59,551 nt of DNA from the IMG/VR virus record IMGVR_UViG_3300010234_000012, positions 1 to 59,551 of that record; one strand, written 5' to 3'. Below, piece after piece: positions 47,131 through 55,115 of the stretch. Numbering within the stretch: position 1 is the first letter of the stretch; every line of letters begins with the position of its first letter. Source of the stretch: a virus. Lineage: Duplodnaviria; Caudoviricetes. The translations under genes were made by a program, and so were the position numbers. The notes beneath the pieces are model-generated. The model ran no database searches. It was not told the origin of the DNA and saw nothing but the letters and a program-made list of their open reading frames with translations.

Positions 47131-47912
47131 TAGAGACGCCTTGATACATACACATTCGAGACTGTAGCAGTATCACCAGCCCCAGTGATGCAAACAACAC
47201 GAGCAAGTGGCCAAGTAGCCGTATCAGTACCATCATACACGTTATTCTCAAGTTCGTAAACTAAAGTTGAAGCTCCGGGAGTAGAGTTGGCTGCGGTAAT
47301 AGTCCCTGCTGTACCATCATCCTCATCCTTTGGTACTACATCCTCAACAACACCACCTACAAGTTGGGTCATTGTCATTGTTCCGTCAGCCGCAGTATCA
47401 TCACTAGTGATCACCAAGGTAAATCCAGAGATACCATCAAAGGCAGCTTCAAAGGCAGCGGCAACATCAGCAGCGGTAGTATCACCTGAGATATCAGCTT
47501 GCGCCTTATTAGCAGACGGGATTGCAGCCCAGATAGCTCCGGTAGGTTCAGCCGAGGAACCAGTCTTATCGGCGGCAACAGCCCACTGAGTGCCTGAGGT
47601 GTCCTCAAGAACAACGTAATCTCCATCGCCTGTGTTAGCTTGGGTATCGAACGTCAAAGTCTGAACTGCGGCAGTGGTAGATAGATTAGCTGTCTGAACT
47701 GTAGCCCAAGTAGTCCCGCCGTCATAGCTATCCTGTAATGCTACACTCATACCAGTCGTCTCTTCGATCAAAGAAAAAGTCACCTGTACTAGAGTATTCA
47801 AGGAATCAGCTGCACTCATAGCAAATTTACCTGTTAGATCATTCGTAGAAGCTGCTGAAACACTGGCTCCTCCACTTTGTAGTAAGTCTCTTACTGAATA
47901 GCCATTAGCCAT
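47130..47912 (-). CDS. Putative virion structural protein
   Basis: Thr/Ala/Asp-rich beta protein, LQDSYDGGTTW motif, strong RBS. Confidence 0.55.
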   Translation of the reverse strand: MANGYSVRDLLQSGGASVSAASTNDLTGKFAMSAADSLNTLVQVTFSLIEETTGMSVALQDSYDGGTTWATVQTANLSTTAAVQTLTFDTQANTGDGDYVVLEDTSGTQWAVAADKTGSSAEPTGAIWAAIPSANKAQADISGDTTAADVAAAFEAAFDGISGFTLVITSDDTAADGTMTMTQLVGGVVEDVVPKDEDDGTAGTITAANSTPGASTLVYELENNVYDGTDTATWPLARVVCITGAGDTATVSNVYVSRRL

Positions 47913-47929
47913 TTATTTATTCTCCTGCT

Positions 47930-48958
47930 TTAAGGTGTATCAGAGGTATAAGCCTCTATCTCCATATTAGTTAAAGTTCCATTAATACTATTTACTAGGT
48001 CACTCTCTATGGGAAAATTACTACTATCATTTAAGCCCCACCAAGATAAGAGATTACTTGATGCACTATGGTTTGTAGGATCTGCTGGATCACCTGAATT
48101 ATATAGTTCTGACACTTCCGAGCTAGACAGTTCCTTATCCCATACAGTTACCTGGTTCAATTCGCCAGAAATCTCGAATGCCGTCCCTCGACTACCTATA
48201 GTTAGTGGATCGGTTACTGTCCAGTTATTCAAACTAGATGAGGTTGGAGCCGGTTCTGCGCTACTATTGATATAAGCTGTAAGTCCATTCATGTTAGACC
48301 CACCAGCATAGGTTAAACAAATGTGATACCATGTAGCAGAGCTAAGTGTAGTAGTGAAAGTATGGGTGCGTAAAGTACCTGAGGCTCGAACTTGTGTAAA
48401 TAATTTACCACTTGCGGTGTGCTGTAAACTATACCCGTATACATTAGCATCCTGGGAAGTCTTGGCGATCAACGCTCTTTGGGCTGCTAAGTTATTGGCC
48501 TTAAACCAAAAAGACCAACTAAATGCAGTAGCAGCTCCGAAGGTGTAATTATCCCCTAAATTAATATACTCATCAATACCATTAAAGGACAGCGAATTTA
48601 AATTCACAAAATCCCCAGGAGTACTAGATACCTCATTAGATAATGTGGCTTCTCCCGCGCCTCCTAAAGTAGTGATACTATAATAATAAGTAGTGCCGTT
48701 GGTCAATCCTGTATGTGTATAAGAGGACTCACCTGAGTCGACTTCAATCTTCGTATCCGCCGTAGTTACAGAACCAGCTACATTAAAATAAATATGGTAG
48801 CGTATAGCATTAGGTTTTTGCTCCCAGCTTAAAACAACCTGCTCATTGCCTGGAACTGAGCTTAAGTTAGTAATAGCCGTTGGTAAACTTCCTACCGCCC
48901 CTCTATTAAACTCTTCATTTGAGTTGATAGGTAACACAATTGTTTTTGTATTACTCAT
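47930..48958 (-). CDS. FN3 + LamG/concanavalin-like virion protein
   Basis: VLSW...Y.IY...Y.HTGL.NGTTYYY; SLSFNG.DEYI...FS.SFW...WYHI..TY...YIN...L...EV..LYN. Confidence 0.8.
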   Translation of the reverse strand: MSNTKTIVLPINSNEEFNRGAVGSLPTAITNLSSVPGNEQVVLSWEQKPNAIRYHIYFNVAGSVTTADTKIEVDSGESSYTHTGLTNGTTYYYSITTLGGAGEATLSNEVSSTPGDFVNLNSLSFNGIDEYINLGDNYTFGAATAFSWSFWFKANNLAAQRALIAKTSQDANVYGYSLQHTASGKLFTQVRASGTLRTHTFTTTLSSATWYHICLTYAGGSNMNGLTAYINSSAEPAPTSSSLNNWTVTDPLTIGSRGTAFEISGELNQVTVWDKELSSSEVSELYNSGDPADPTNHSASSNLLSWWGLNDSSNFPIESDLVNSINGTLTNMEIEAYTSDTP

Positions 48959-49305
48959 CCACGATGCCCCTCAAAAAGCAGGGAAGCCGACCCTGTACTA
49001 ACATTATTTGAAGTGAAATCTAATCGTATATAGCGAGTAGTAAATTTTGTAAATTCCCAAATTTGGGCAGAAGTTGCTCGTGTTATAGTGATACCCCCAT
49101 CCGCGCCACCGAAGTCACTCCAGTCGATTGAATTATTACTACCTTGAATAATTACCCTCGCGTTAAAGGCATCTAGGTCAGCCCAATCAAACTGTATAGA
49201 ACCTTGAGTTAAGTACCTGACATCAATCCCCTCAGATTGGAAATCATTACCATCCAGTATATAATCTTCAGTATATACAAAAACTTTGGGGCTGTCTGTA
49301 CCCAT
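48955..49305 (-). CDS. Small beta-sandwich protein
   Basis: IQGSNN..DW...RYIRL pattern. Confidence 0.6.
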   Translation of the reverse strand: MGTDSPKVFVYTEDYILDGNDFQSEGIDVRYLTQGSIQFDWADLDAFNARVIIQGSNNSIDWSDFGGADGGITITRATSAQIWEFTKFTTRYIRLDFTSNNVSTGSASLLFEGHRG

Positions 49306-49586
49306 TATAGTAACTTCACTGTTTTGTGTAAAGCGTGTTCAAGGGCTACAACAATACCCTCTTCATCCTCTTCACCTAGCTTACTACTCCAACCAGTAAC
49401 ATGGAGTGCTGCATGTATGATTTCGTGTAGTAAGACTCGTTCTCGATCTTCACCCTTTGTGCTAGAGTGAACTTTAATTAAAAATTTATAACCCTCTGTT
49501 GTTCCGAGGGTATCGTTGGGCAGATCGTCGGTGTAGTCTATCTTGAATGGGTATCCCAGTATGGTAACTTCTTTCTTGTTCTTCAT
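49305..49586 (-). CDS. HExxH metallopeptidase-like protein
   Basis: VLLHEIIHA...EE..V. Confidence 0.65.
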   Translation of the reverse strand: MKNKKEVTILGYPFKIDYTDDLPNDTLGTTEGYKFLIKVHSSTKGEDRERVLLHEIIHAALHVTGWSSKLGEEDEEGIVVALEHALHKTVKLL

Positions 49587-49695
49587 TTGGTTGCTCCTGT
49601 GCTAACTCGTCGAGTATCCGACTAACCATATCCGCTCCTGCACCCTCTGGCACACCAAACGATTTACGGGTCTTCTGCACTGCCTTACTCGCCAT
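49486..49695 (-). CDS. Hypothetical protein
   Basis: GAGG RBS; long overlap with downstream gene. Confidence 0.4.
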   Translation of the reverse strand: MASKAVQKTRKSFGVPEGAGADMVSRILDELAQEQPNEEQERSYHTGIPIQDRLHRRSAQRYPRNNRGL

Positions 49696-50170
49696 CTGCC
49701 GCCTCTAATAGTTTAGGAGCTTCAGTCTGGATATATTCTCGTAGCTCATCCTCATTCATCTCGGCAACATCCTTATCCTTATACTCCACAATCTTGTGCT
49801 TGGCAGGCTGGTAGCCCGAGTACTCTAGGATAGTCTTTGCTGCGCTGATTTGGTCGGAGGCTCTAACCTCTTTGGATGGACCCACTTCTGGGGCTTCAAT
49901 AATTTCGATAAGACGTGAGATGGCGGCTTCCGCGCCCGATTCAAGGAGTTCCCGATTCGAGTCACGGTTAGCCAGCCAATCTCGAAAATTTGGATCTTGC
50001 ATCCATGCCCTGACCGTGCGGCTACCTGTGAGGTTCGCGATACGCTCGGGGGTGAGGTTCTCAATTTTAATCATAGGGTTATTGGCCAATAGCTTATGCA
50101 GCTTGGCCTTAATCTTCCGCTGCGGTGCAGAAGGTCTCCAGTTGTCATCCAACGGGATCAGTTTACTCAT
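49685..50170 (-). CDS. Putative terminase small subunit / HTH protein
   Basis: HTH-like IA.LTG..TV..W..DP.F..W then A...L..I...I.AAKTILE..G. Confidence 0.55.
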   Translation of the reverse strand: MSKLIPLDDNWRPSAPQRKIKAKLHKLLANNPMIKIENLTPERIANLTGSRTVRAWMQDPNFRDWLANRDSNRELLESGAEAAISRLIEIIEAPEVGPSKEVRASDQISAAKTILEYSGYQPAKHKIVEYKDKDVAEMNEDELREYIQTEAPKLLEAADGE

Positions 50171-50405
50171 CTTCATCCCATTCAAATTCGATTGTATATG
50201 AGTCATCCAGCAGAGTCTCGGCATGGTGCCTGTATACCAATACGTGATACGTGCCCTCATCGGTCTCAATTGGGCAGACTAGGCACGGGAATTCATCGGG
50301 AAAGGAATCTGGATCATCACTCACAGCACCCTCCCACTCGTCCTGACTCTCCATGAGGGTCCATTGGTTGGGCAACAGTAGCCGGATCACATCACTCATC
50401 CTCAA
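50163..50405 (-). CDS. Hypothetical acidic protein
   Basis: Coupled ORF. Confidence 0.6.
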   Translation of the reverse strand: MRMSDVIRLLLPNQWTLMESQDEWEGAVSDDPDSFPDEFPCLVCPIETDEGTYHVLVYRHHAETLLDDSYTIEFEWDEDE

Positions 50406-50604
50406 TATCCTCTCGTAAGACCTTGGCCGAGTCAGTTCGGCTCAGTTCTATGACGCCATATTCAATAATATCAATACGTTCTGTCGGATCAAGGCGCTCG
50501 TTGTGCAGTTCCAGCTTCAACTGCCTCCTGTTTCGGTAGAGGCGGCTCCGGCGGCCCTGGTCAATGTAGTGTATCTGGTATGCTCTCACGCAGACTCCTG
50601 CCAT
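50392..50604 (-). CDS. Hypothetical protein, paralogue of 50891-51091
   Basis: Shared II.Y.V.E..RT..AKVL. Confidence 0.6.
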   Translation of the reverse strand: MAGVCVRAYQIHYIDQGRRSRLYRNRRQLKLELHNERLDPTERIDIIEYGVIELSRTDSAKVLREDIEDE

Positions 50605-50616
50605 TATATACTATAT

Positions 50617-50645
50617 ATTATACCATAATCTGACACTGTTGTCAA
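50617..50645 (-). promoter_or_regulatory. Consensus sigma70 promoter upstream of packaging module
   Basis: TTGACA-17-TATAAT with TG. Confidence 0.85.
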
Positions 50646-50648
50646 GCC

Positions 50649-50891
50649 CTAAATATTCAATGGTTTCGCTAGCTTAATTCTGGCGATCCCACGAGTGAGG
50701 TGTAATTCGTCAATCATAAGCAATCTTTCAGCATCTCGGAGGTATTCTCGTAGCCTCGACGGGGGGATATTGTTAGCCTTGCAGCAGGCAGCAGTATCCA
50801 GCACAAAGTACCCCGGTGCCAGCTTGTCGATGTAGGGCAGATCCCCGTACAGCATATAGCATACGAGGCGGTATGACCAAAACTTATCCAC
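50649..50891 (-). CDS. Putative winged-helix DNA-binding protein
   Basis: C...NI..SRLREYL..AE...MI pattern. Confidence 0.45.
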   Translation of the reverse strand: MDKFWSYRLVCYMLYGDLPYIDKLAPGYFVLDTAACCKANNIPPSRLREYLRDAERLLMIDELHLTRGIARIKLAKPLNI

Positions 50892-51091
50892 TACTTCTGC
50901 CTCCTGAGCCCCAGCAGTACCTTGGCCGGTGTCCGTCCACCCTCACGCACCTCATAGCGGATAATCATCGTATCTGACAGCTCCGGGTGCCGGGAGATAT
51001 GAGCTCGTAGCGAGTTGAGACTCTCCCAGAATTTATCCTGCCCGGATATACGGTACAGTACCTCAATCTTAGATCTCTTCTTTCCGAACAT
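50891..51091 (-). CDS. Hypothetical protein
   Basis: AGGAG RBS before ATG 51091. Confidence 0.6.
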   Translation of the reverse strand: MFGKKRSKIEVLYRISGQDKFWESLNSLRAHISRHPELSDTMIIRYEVREGGRTPAKVLLGLRRQK

Positions 51092-51341
51092 CAATAAACT
51101 CCTTGTCACTCTTAAGCAGGAAACACACACGGGCGGCGATTGGTATCTCATATGACCAGTAATTGTGGGTTCTTCGATCCGTACACCAGTAGGTTCCTGG
51201 GGCATTCTGATCCTCCAGGATATACATATCACGCTCTAGGCACTTGACCAGCCCCACACAGGCTTGGGTTGCCTCCTCCTCGGTGGGGTGGTAGGTAGTG
51301 GCACATGAGGCCAGCAGTAGGGGTATTAGAAACTTACCCAT
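51069..51341 (-). CDS. Small Cys-rich lipoprotein
   Basis: MGKFLIPLLLASC lipobox; GGAGG RBS. Confidence 0.65.
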   Translation of the reverse strand: MGKFLIPLLLASCATTYHPTEEEATQACVGLVKCLERDMYILEDQNAPGTYWCTDRRTHNYWSYEIPIAARVCFLLKSDKEFIDVRKEEI

Positions 51342-51555
51342 GATGATTCCTCCACTTATGCTCAACATAGGTGGGAGCCTTGTCCATGACTCGGGACATA
51401 TCGCCATACAAATGCTTGTATAGTTGCTGCCACTTAAAAGCCTCCTGTTGGGCTCGTGCGATGTTCTCAGCCATTTCCACTAACTCTTGCTCCTTAGCAG
51501 CCACCTTTCGCCTAGCCTCAGCTAACTTAGACTTATAATAATCTATATCATCCAT
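51334..51555 (-). CDS. Coiled-coil hypothetical protein
   Basis: Coupled ORF. Confidence 0.65.
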   Translation of the reverse strand: MDDIDYYKSKLAEARRKVAAKEQELVEMAENIARAQQEAFKWQQLYKHLYGDMSRVMDKAPTYVEHKWRNHHG

Positions 51556-51784
51556 CCCATACCTCCATTAGCTTGGGGATCACGACCTCAGGATCGGCGC
51601 AGCTGCCGGTGTATATGGTATCTCCGCTCTCGATGTCACGTATTGCGAGGTATTCCAGGTGCGGTTTCCAGTCCATGTGCAAGCTATGCCTCTCGCAGAA
51701 GGCTCCTAGTCGTGCTGCCAGGAGCTCCTCGTGAGCTAGTACCTCGTCGCGGGTACGTTGCTGTGAGAAAAAGTTCCTACTCAT
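51548..51784 (-). CDS. Hypothetical protein
   Basis: Coupled ORF, GGAGG RBS. Confidence 0.65.
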   Translation of the reverse strand: MSRNFFSQQRTRDEVLAHEELLAARLGAFCERHSLHMDWKPHLEYLAIRDIESGDTIYTGSCADPEVVIPKLMEVWDG

Positions 51785-51950
51785 TATAGCCTCCCCTCAA
51801 AACCTCTTTCACTTCTTTCCAAGCCCTCTCCTCTTCATCCGACAGAGACCATAGAACTCCCTCATAGGTATTATGCTCCACATGCTCCATAATGAGATTA
51901 AGCACCACCCAAAGAGAATTTAGGGGTATTGTCGTTGGTTGATTACTCAT
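51777..51950 (-). CDS. Hypothetical protein (start revised to ATG 51950)
   Basis: GGAG RBS downstream of promoter 52039-52067. Confidence 0.55.
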   Translation of the reverse strand: MSNQPTTIPLNSLWVVLNLIMEHVEHNTYEGVLWSLSDEEERAWKEVKEVLRGGYNE

Positions 51951-52038
51951 CGTTTCGACTCCGTTAATATAATATAAGAAATAAGGCCCCAAATGGTGAT
52001 TTAAGTACTCGAAAACTCGCAAGCACCCCAGCAATATA

Positions 52039-52067
52039 ACTATACCACACACTCCGATACCTGTCAA
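52039..52067 (-). promoter_or_regulatory. sigma70 promoter with overlapping palindromic operator
   Basis: TTGACA-17-TATAGT; ACCTGT-N12-ACAGGT at 52059-52082. Confidence 0.75.
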
Positions 52068-52137
52068 GGAAAAGATACAGGTTAGCCACATCACAGCGCA
52101 GCGAGGATAAGGATATCAGAGGGTTAGCAGAAAGTAC

Positions 52138-52166
52138 TTGACAACAGAAAAAATAGATGGTATAAT
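52138..52166 (+). promoter_or_regulatory. Consensus sigma70 promoter firing antisense into the minus-strand genes
   Basis: TTGACA-17-TATAAT with TG on + strand. Confidence 0.8.
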
Positions 52167-52187
52167 AGTATTAAGAGAAAAAGATAA

Positions 52188-52454
52188 TTATAAGCTTCTA
52201 TCCTTCCTCATCTCTCTGATCATCTCCATAAACTTACATCTCCTACATTCTCCATACCACCGAGGCATCCTCCAGTCAGGATCAATTGCGAGACCTATCA
52301 TATACTCACACCCGAAACACTTAAGCAGGTAATTATATTTAATATAGTCATATCCATCAAATTCCGGGATATCGGCAATACTATAATGAGGTTCGTCACA
52401 CTCCGGGCATGATAAGGGCACATATCGTCGTTTGCCGTAGAATACCTTAGTCAT
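52188..52454 (-). CDS. Cys-rich zinc-finger protein
   Basis: CPEC, CFGC, CRRC. Confidence 0.6.
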   Translation of the reverse strand: MTKVFYGKRRYVPLSCPECDEPHYSIADIPEFDGYDYIKYNYLLKCFGCEYMIGLAIDPDWRMPRWYGECRRCKFMEMIREMRKDRSL

Positions 52455-52690
52455 CCCCAAGCCCTCCAGACCACCCATCCCAACAAAATCAGAGACCCAA
52501 CCAAGAGACCTAAGAGTATCCGACCTGTCCGTATCTGAGACTGGAGGAATGCAGCTTCATCCTGGGTGAGTTGAGTGGATTTGAAGATATCAGAGGATAA
52601 GATGCCGTGAGAAGCTGGGTGCCTAGACGATAACTCACCATAACTCTTATTGATAATGATTCTCAATTTGGGAGGCTTCTGGTCACTCAT
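52451..52690 (-). CDS. Membrane protein (C-terminal TM)
   Basis: ILLGLLVGSLILLGWVVW. Confidence 0.65.
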   Translation of the reverse strand: MSDQKPPKLRIIINKSYGELSSRHPASHGILSSDIFKSTQLTQDEAAFLQSQIRTGRILLGLLVGSLILLGWVVWRAWG

Positions 52691-52868
52691 GGTCTAGTTC
52701 TCCCGTATACCACTCAGTTGCCCATTTGGCTGCCACAAGTACAATCCCCATAATCAACCAGAACAGACAGACCCCTAAAAATATCTGGCTAACAGGGCTA
52801 AATAAGAGACCTGCCACTAACCCTCCTGCCACCAACCCCACCATAAGCTTCTTAAGTCGATTGATCAT
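52683..52868 (-). CDS. Two-TM membrane protein
   Basis: Hydrophobic helices. Confidence 0.65.
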   Translation of the reverse strand: MINRLKKLMVGLVAGGLVAGLLFSPVSQIFLGVCLFWLIMGIVLVAAKWATEWYTGELDHE

Positions 52869-52995
52869 TTGAATCCCTCAGCCTGCTCTTAGTATATTGA
52901 TATTGTTTCTTTATTCCCAGGTGTTCGCCAATCAAATACCCGCTGATGAACCCACTGATGAATCCTAGAATCAACCCGACAAAATATATAGTCAT
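52852..52995 (-). CDS. Small membrane protein
   Basis: GGAGGAG RBS before ATG 52995; glycine-zipper TM. Confidence 0.6.
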   Translation of the reverse strand: MTIYFVGLILGFISGFISGYLIGEHLGIKKQYQYTKSRLRDSNDQST

Positions 52996-53020
52996 CTCTC
53001 TCCTCCGTCTTTGTCTTATT

Positions 53021-53049
53021 AGTATATCATCTGCCATATAACCTGTCAA
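53021..53049 (-). promoter_or_regulatory. sigma70 promoter with overlapping palindromic operator
   Basis: TTGACA-17-TATACT; ACCTGT-N12-ACAGGT at 53041-53064. Confidence 0.75.
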
Positions 53050-53421
53050 GGATAAAATACAGGTAGCACCCCCCTCCGTGGACCGCTACCTCACCCTAAC
53101 CTACTGGAATTATTGGACAATCAGGAGAGCCCACATCCAAAAAAAGTGACATACGGAGGATCCAAAAAAATGTGGAGGAGTAAATCATTAAAACCGGATG
53201 GGGGTATGGTCCCACTTACCCATGTCAGCTTTCTAACAGGGGTGAGATTACCCAATTTGAGGAGATTTGAGAGTGGGTGGGAGGGATATATACGTGAGGA
53301 AGTAACTAAGTTTACCCATTACCATACCATACATTCTGCCATACATGCACATAACGCATAACGAGGACGCCACTACAGCGCCCCCGATCGACTATCTTTA
53401 CATCACCCTCACTGGGTATAT

Positions 53422-53631
53422 TTACTCATGATACACCTCCTCTGTCATTTCTACCCAATGGTCATTTTCCAGTCTATCTATTATATTCTCTGCTGCTGCT
53501 GCTGCGTCTCCTATATTACTTTGTTCTTCTGTCACCTTATAGGCATTTCCCCAGTCATTTACATACCTTATCACACCTCGATATCTATCCCTATACTCAT
53601 TGTATTCGATCGTGTAGGTATATCTACTCAT
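53422..53631 (-). CDS. Hypothetical early protein
   Basis: GGAGG RBS before ATG 53631. Confidence 0.6.
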   Translation of the reverse strand: MSRYTYTIEYNEYRDRYRGVIRYVNDWGNAYKVTEEQSNIGDAAAAAENIIDRLENDHWVEMTEEVYHE

Positions 53632-53729
53632 CCCATCACCCTCCACGCGCCTATCATCATGCACAAGACGCATATGTATACCACCGATACCATCACCATG
53701 CAACCTACCGTCATTGCTACCTTACCCAT
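53628..53729 (-). CDS. 33-aa hydrophobic peptide
   Basis: GGAGG RBS; ATGA coupling to next gene. Confidence 0.45.
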   Translation of the reverse strand: MGKVAMTVGCMVMVSVVYICVLCMMIGAWRVMG

Positions 53730-53940
53730 GTTTCACCTCCTTCGCGTCTGCCACATGCCCCCAGTCACGCATGATACAATCTCTGAATTCCAGAATGATC
53801 TCAGCAGCATTACCTTTATGTTGTTCGTGTTGGCGTATCCACTCACAGGCATAGTCTATTGCCCTAAGATCACCATATATCTTTGCCATATCATTTGCCA
53901 ACTCATATGCCTGATTGATTACCCACTCATAGTGTGTCAT
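53722..53940 (-). CDS. Hypothetical early protein, first gene of - arm
   Basis: AAGGA RBS before ATG 53940. Confidence 0.6.
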   Translation of the reverse strand: MTHYEWVINQAYELANDMAKIYGDLRAIDYACEWIRQHEQHKGNAAEIILEFRDCIMRDWGHVADAKEVKHG

Positions 53941-53988
53941 AATGTATTTCCTTTCGTGTCGGCTGCATTGCCGAGTTGCCTTACACAT

Positions 53989-54004
53989 TGCAGCTACCTT
54001 GCCA
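53989..54004 (-). promoter_or_regulatory. sigma54-type -24/-12 box
   Basis: TGGCAAGGTAGCTGCA. Confidence 0.55.
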
Positions 54005-54050
54005 ACCTTGACTCTCTCCCCTAACTCCCTGATATTCCAGCTCTTTCTTT

Positions 54051-54066
54051 TGGCATAGCTCTTGCT
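54051..54066 (+). promoter_or_regulatory. sigma54-type -24/-12 box
   Basis: TGGCATAGCTCTTGCT. Confidence 0.65.
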
Positions 54067-54081
54067 TCCCTGTCAGCCAGC

Positions 54082-54110
54082 TTGACACTCTCCCCATTTT
54101 TCCCTGTAAT
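54082..54110 (+). promoter_or_regulatory. Putative sigma70 promoter
   Basis: TTGACA-17-TGTAAT. Confidence 0.4.
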
Positions 54111-54316
54111 TCCGCTTGACACCCTGTCCAATCCTTGTGCGGTTGGGTATATCTGCCCATGCCCTCACGCGCGTACTCTAACATAAGTAGCCCATAACAC
54201 TCGAGAATCACAGGGCTTTTTAGGTCTAGTGTCGAGACTTTGGGCACTGTCAAGGAACCTAACAGCCCGGAATCACAGGGTTTGGGTACATTTACCGATA
54301 GTTTTCCTTGACAGTA

Positions 54317-54332
54317 TGCAACATTCGTGCCA
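54317..54332 (-). promoter_or_regulatory. sigma54-type -24/-12 box (full consensus)
   Basis: TGGCACGAATGTTGCA. Confidence 0.75.
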
Positions 54333-54368
54333 CAGCTAACTCCGCGAAATGACAGGGAAACGGGAACT

Positions 54369-54384
54369 TGGCACGGCGCTGGCA
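54369..54384 (+). promoter_or_regulatory. sigma54-type -24/-12 box upstream of first + arm gene
   Basis: TGGCACGGCGCTGGCA. Confidence 0.6.
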
Positions 54385-54431
54385 ATAAAAACGGCGACCC
54401 CGACAAACGGGACAACATAATGGAGTGTGAC

Positions 54432-54707
54432 ATGCAGACCAAAGAGCGCATGCACCAAAGGGAACAGCTTGACTATGACATACCCGATCGGCGGTACGAG
54501 TTATGTGCCGAATCTAACAGGGGACGTTCAAGGAAAGGTGAAACCGTAAGGTGCAAGGAACATAGCCCGACAAGGCGATCAACACAAAGAGCAAAGGCCC
54601 AAGCGCGACATGGACAGCTCTGTGAGTGGGTAGATCGTAGGGAACAACGAAGGCAAGACAGACGAGAGCGGCGCATGGCAATGCGACAGCGACGGAGGGT
54701 TGCCTAA
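54432..54707 (+). CDS. Arg-rich first early protein
   Basis: GGAG RBS; RREQRRQDRRERRMAMRQRRR. Confidence 0.55.
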   Translation: MQTKERMHQREQLDYDIPDRRYELCAESNRGRSRKGETVRCKEHSPTRRSTQRAKAQARHGQLCEWVDRREQRRQDRRERRMAMRQRRRVA

Positions 54708-54708
54708 C

Positions 54709-54909
54709 ATGAAATACAGGATCTTAGTACATCCAAGTACCGGATGGTACAGGGCACAGTACAAAGACGAGGGGGTGGGAAGTTGGTACGATTGTTATCA
54801 ACATGCCTTATACAAACAAGAAGAAATTGCTCATAAGGCAATTGAGGAACATAAGGAAAAACTGATCTCGGTATCGGAACCTTGGGTTATAACATGGAGA
54901 AATTACTGA
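54709..54909 (+). CDS. Hypothetical protein
   Basis: GGAGG RBS; MKYRI...YRAQYK. Confidence 0.65.
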   Translation: MKYRILVHPSTGWYRAQYKDEGVGSWYDCYQHALYKQEEIAHKAIEEHKEKLISVSEPWVITWRNY

Positions 54910-54924
54910 CATAAAGGAACAGCG

Positions 54925-55107
54925 ATGGGTAAATACCAGAAGGTTGTTACTATCACTAACCGAAATGGAGCTTACTATAATTTCTGGAATACTCCTGGAT
55001 CACAGGGCTCTATGCAACAAATGGTGAATGATGGATGGAGAGTAGTACATGTTAAAGATGACTCTAAAAGGAGAGAAGCAGTAGTAATCTTTGAACGATA
55101 CGACTAA
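54925..55107 (+). CDS. Hypothetical protein (DUF4177-like)
   Basis: AAGGA RBS; DGWRVV...VIFER. Confidence 0.6.
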   Translation: MGKYQKVVTITNRNGAYYNFWNTPGSQGSMQQMVNDGWRVVHVKDDSKRREAVVIFERYD

Positions 55108-55115
55108 CATATAAC

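Noticed and set aside
19610-48548. Numerous + strand ORFs opposite the structural genes (e.g. 38308-39045, 39100-39831)
   Set aside because: Antisense shadows of biased codon usage with no RBS or motifs
52138-52332. + strand 64-aa ORF
   Set aside because: Its TTG is the -35 box of the promoter, so it lies upstream of the transcript start and lacks an RBS
53428-54451. ORFs 53428-54024 (+) and 53981-54451 (-)
   Set aside because: The first is the shadow of three real minus-strand genes; the second spans the regulatory hub without protein-like composition
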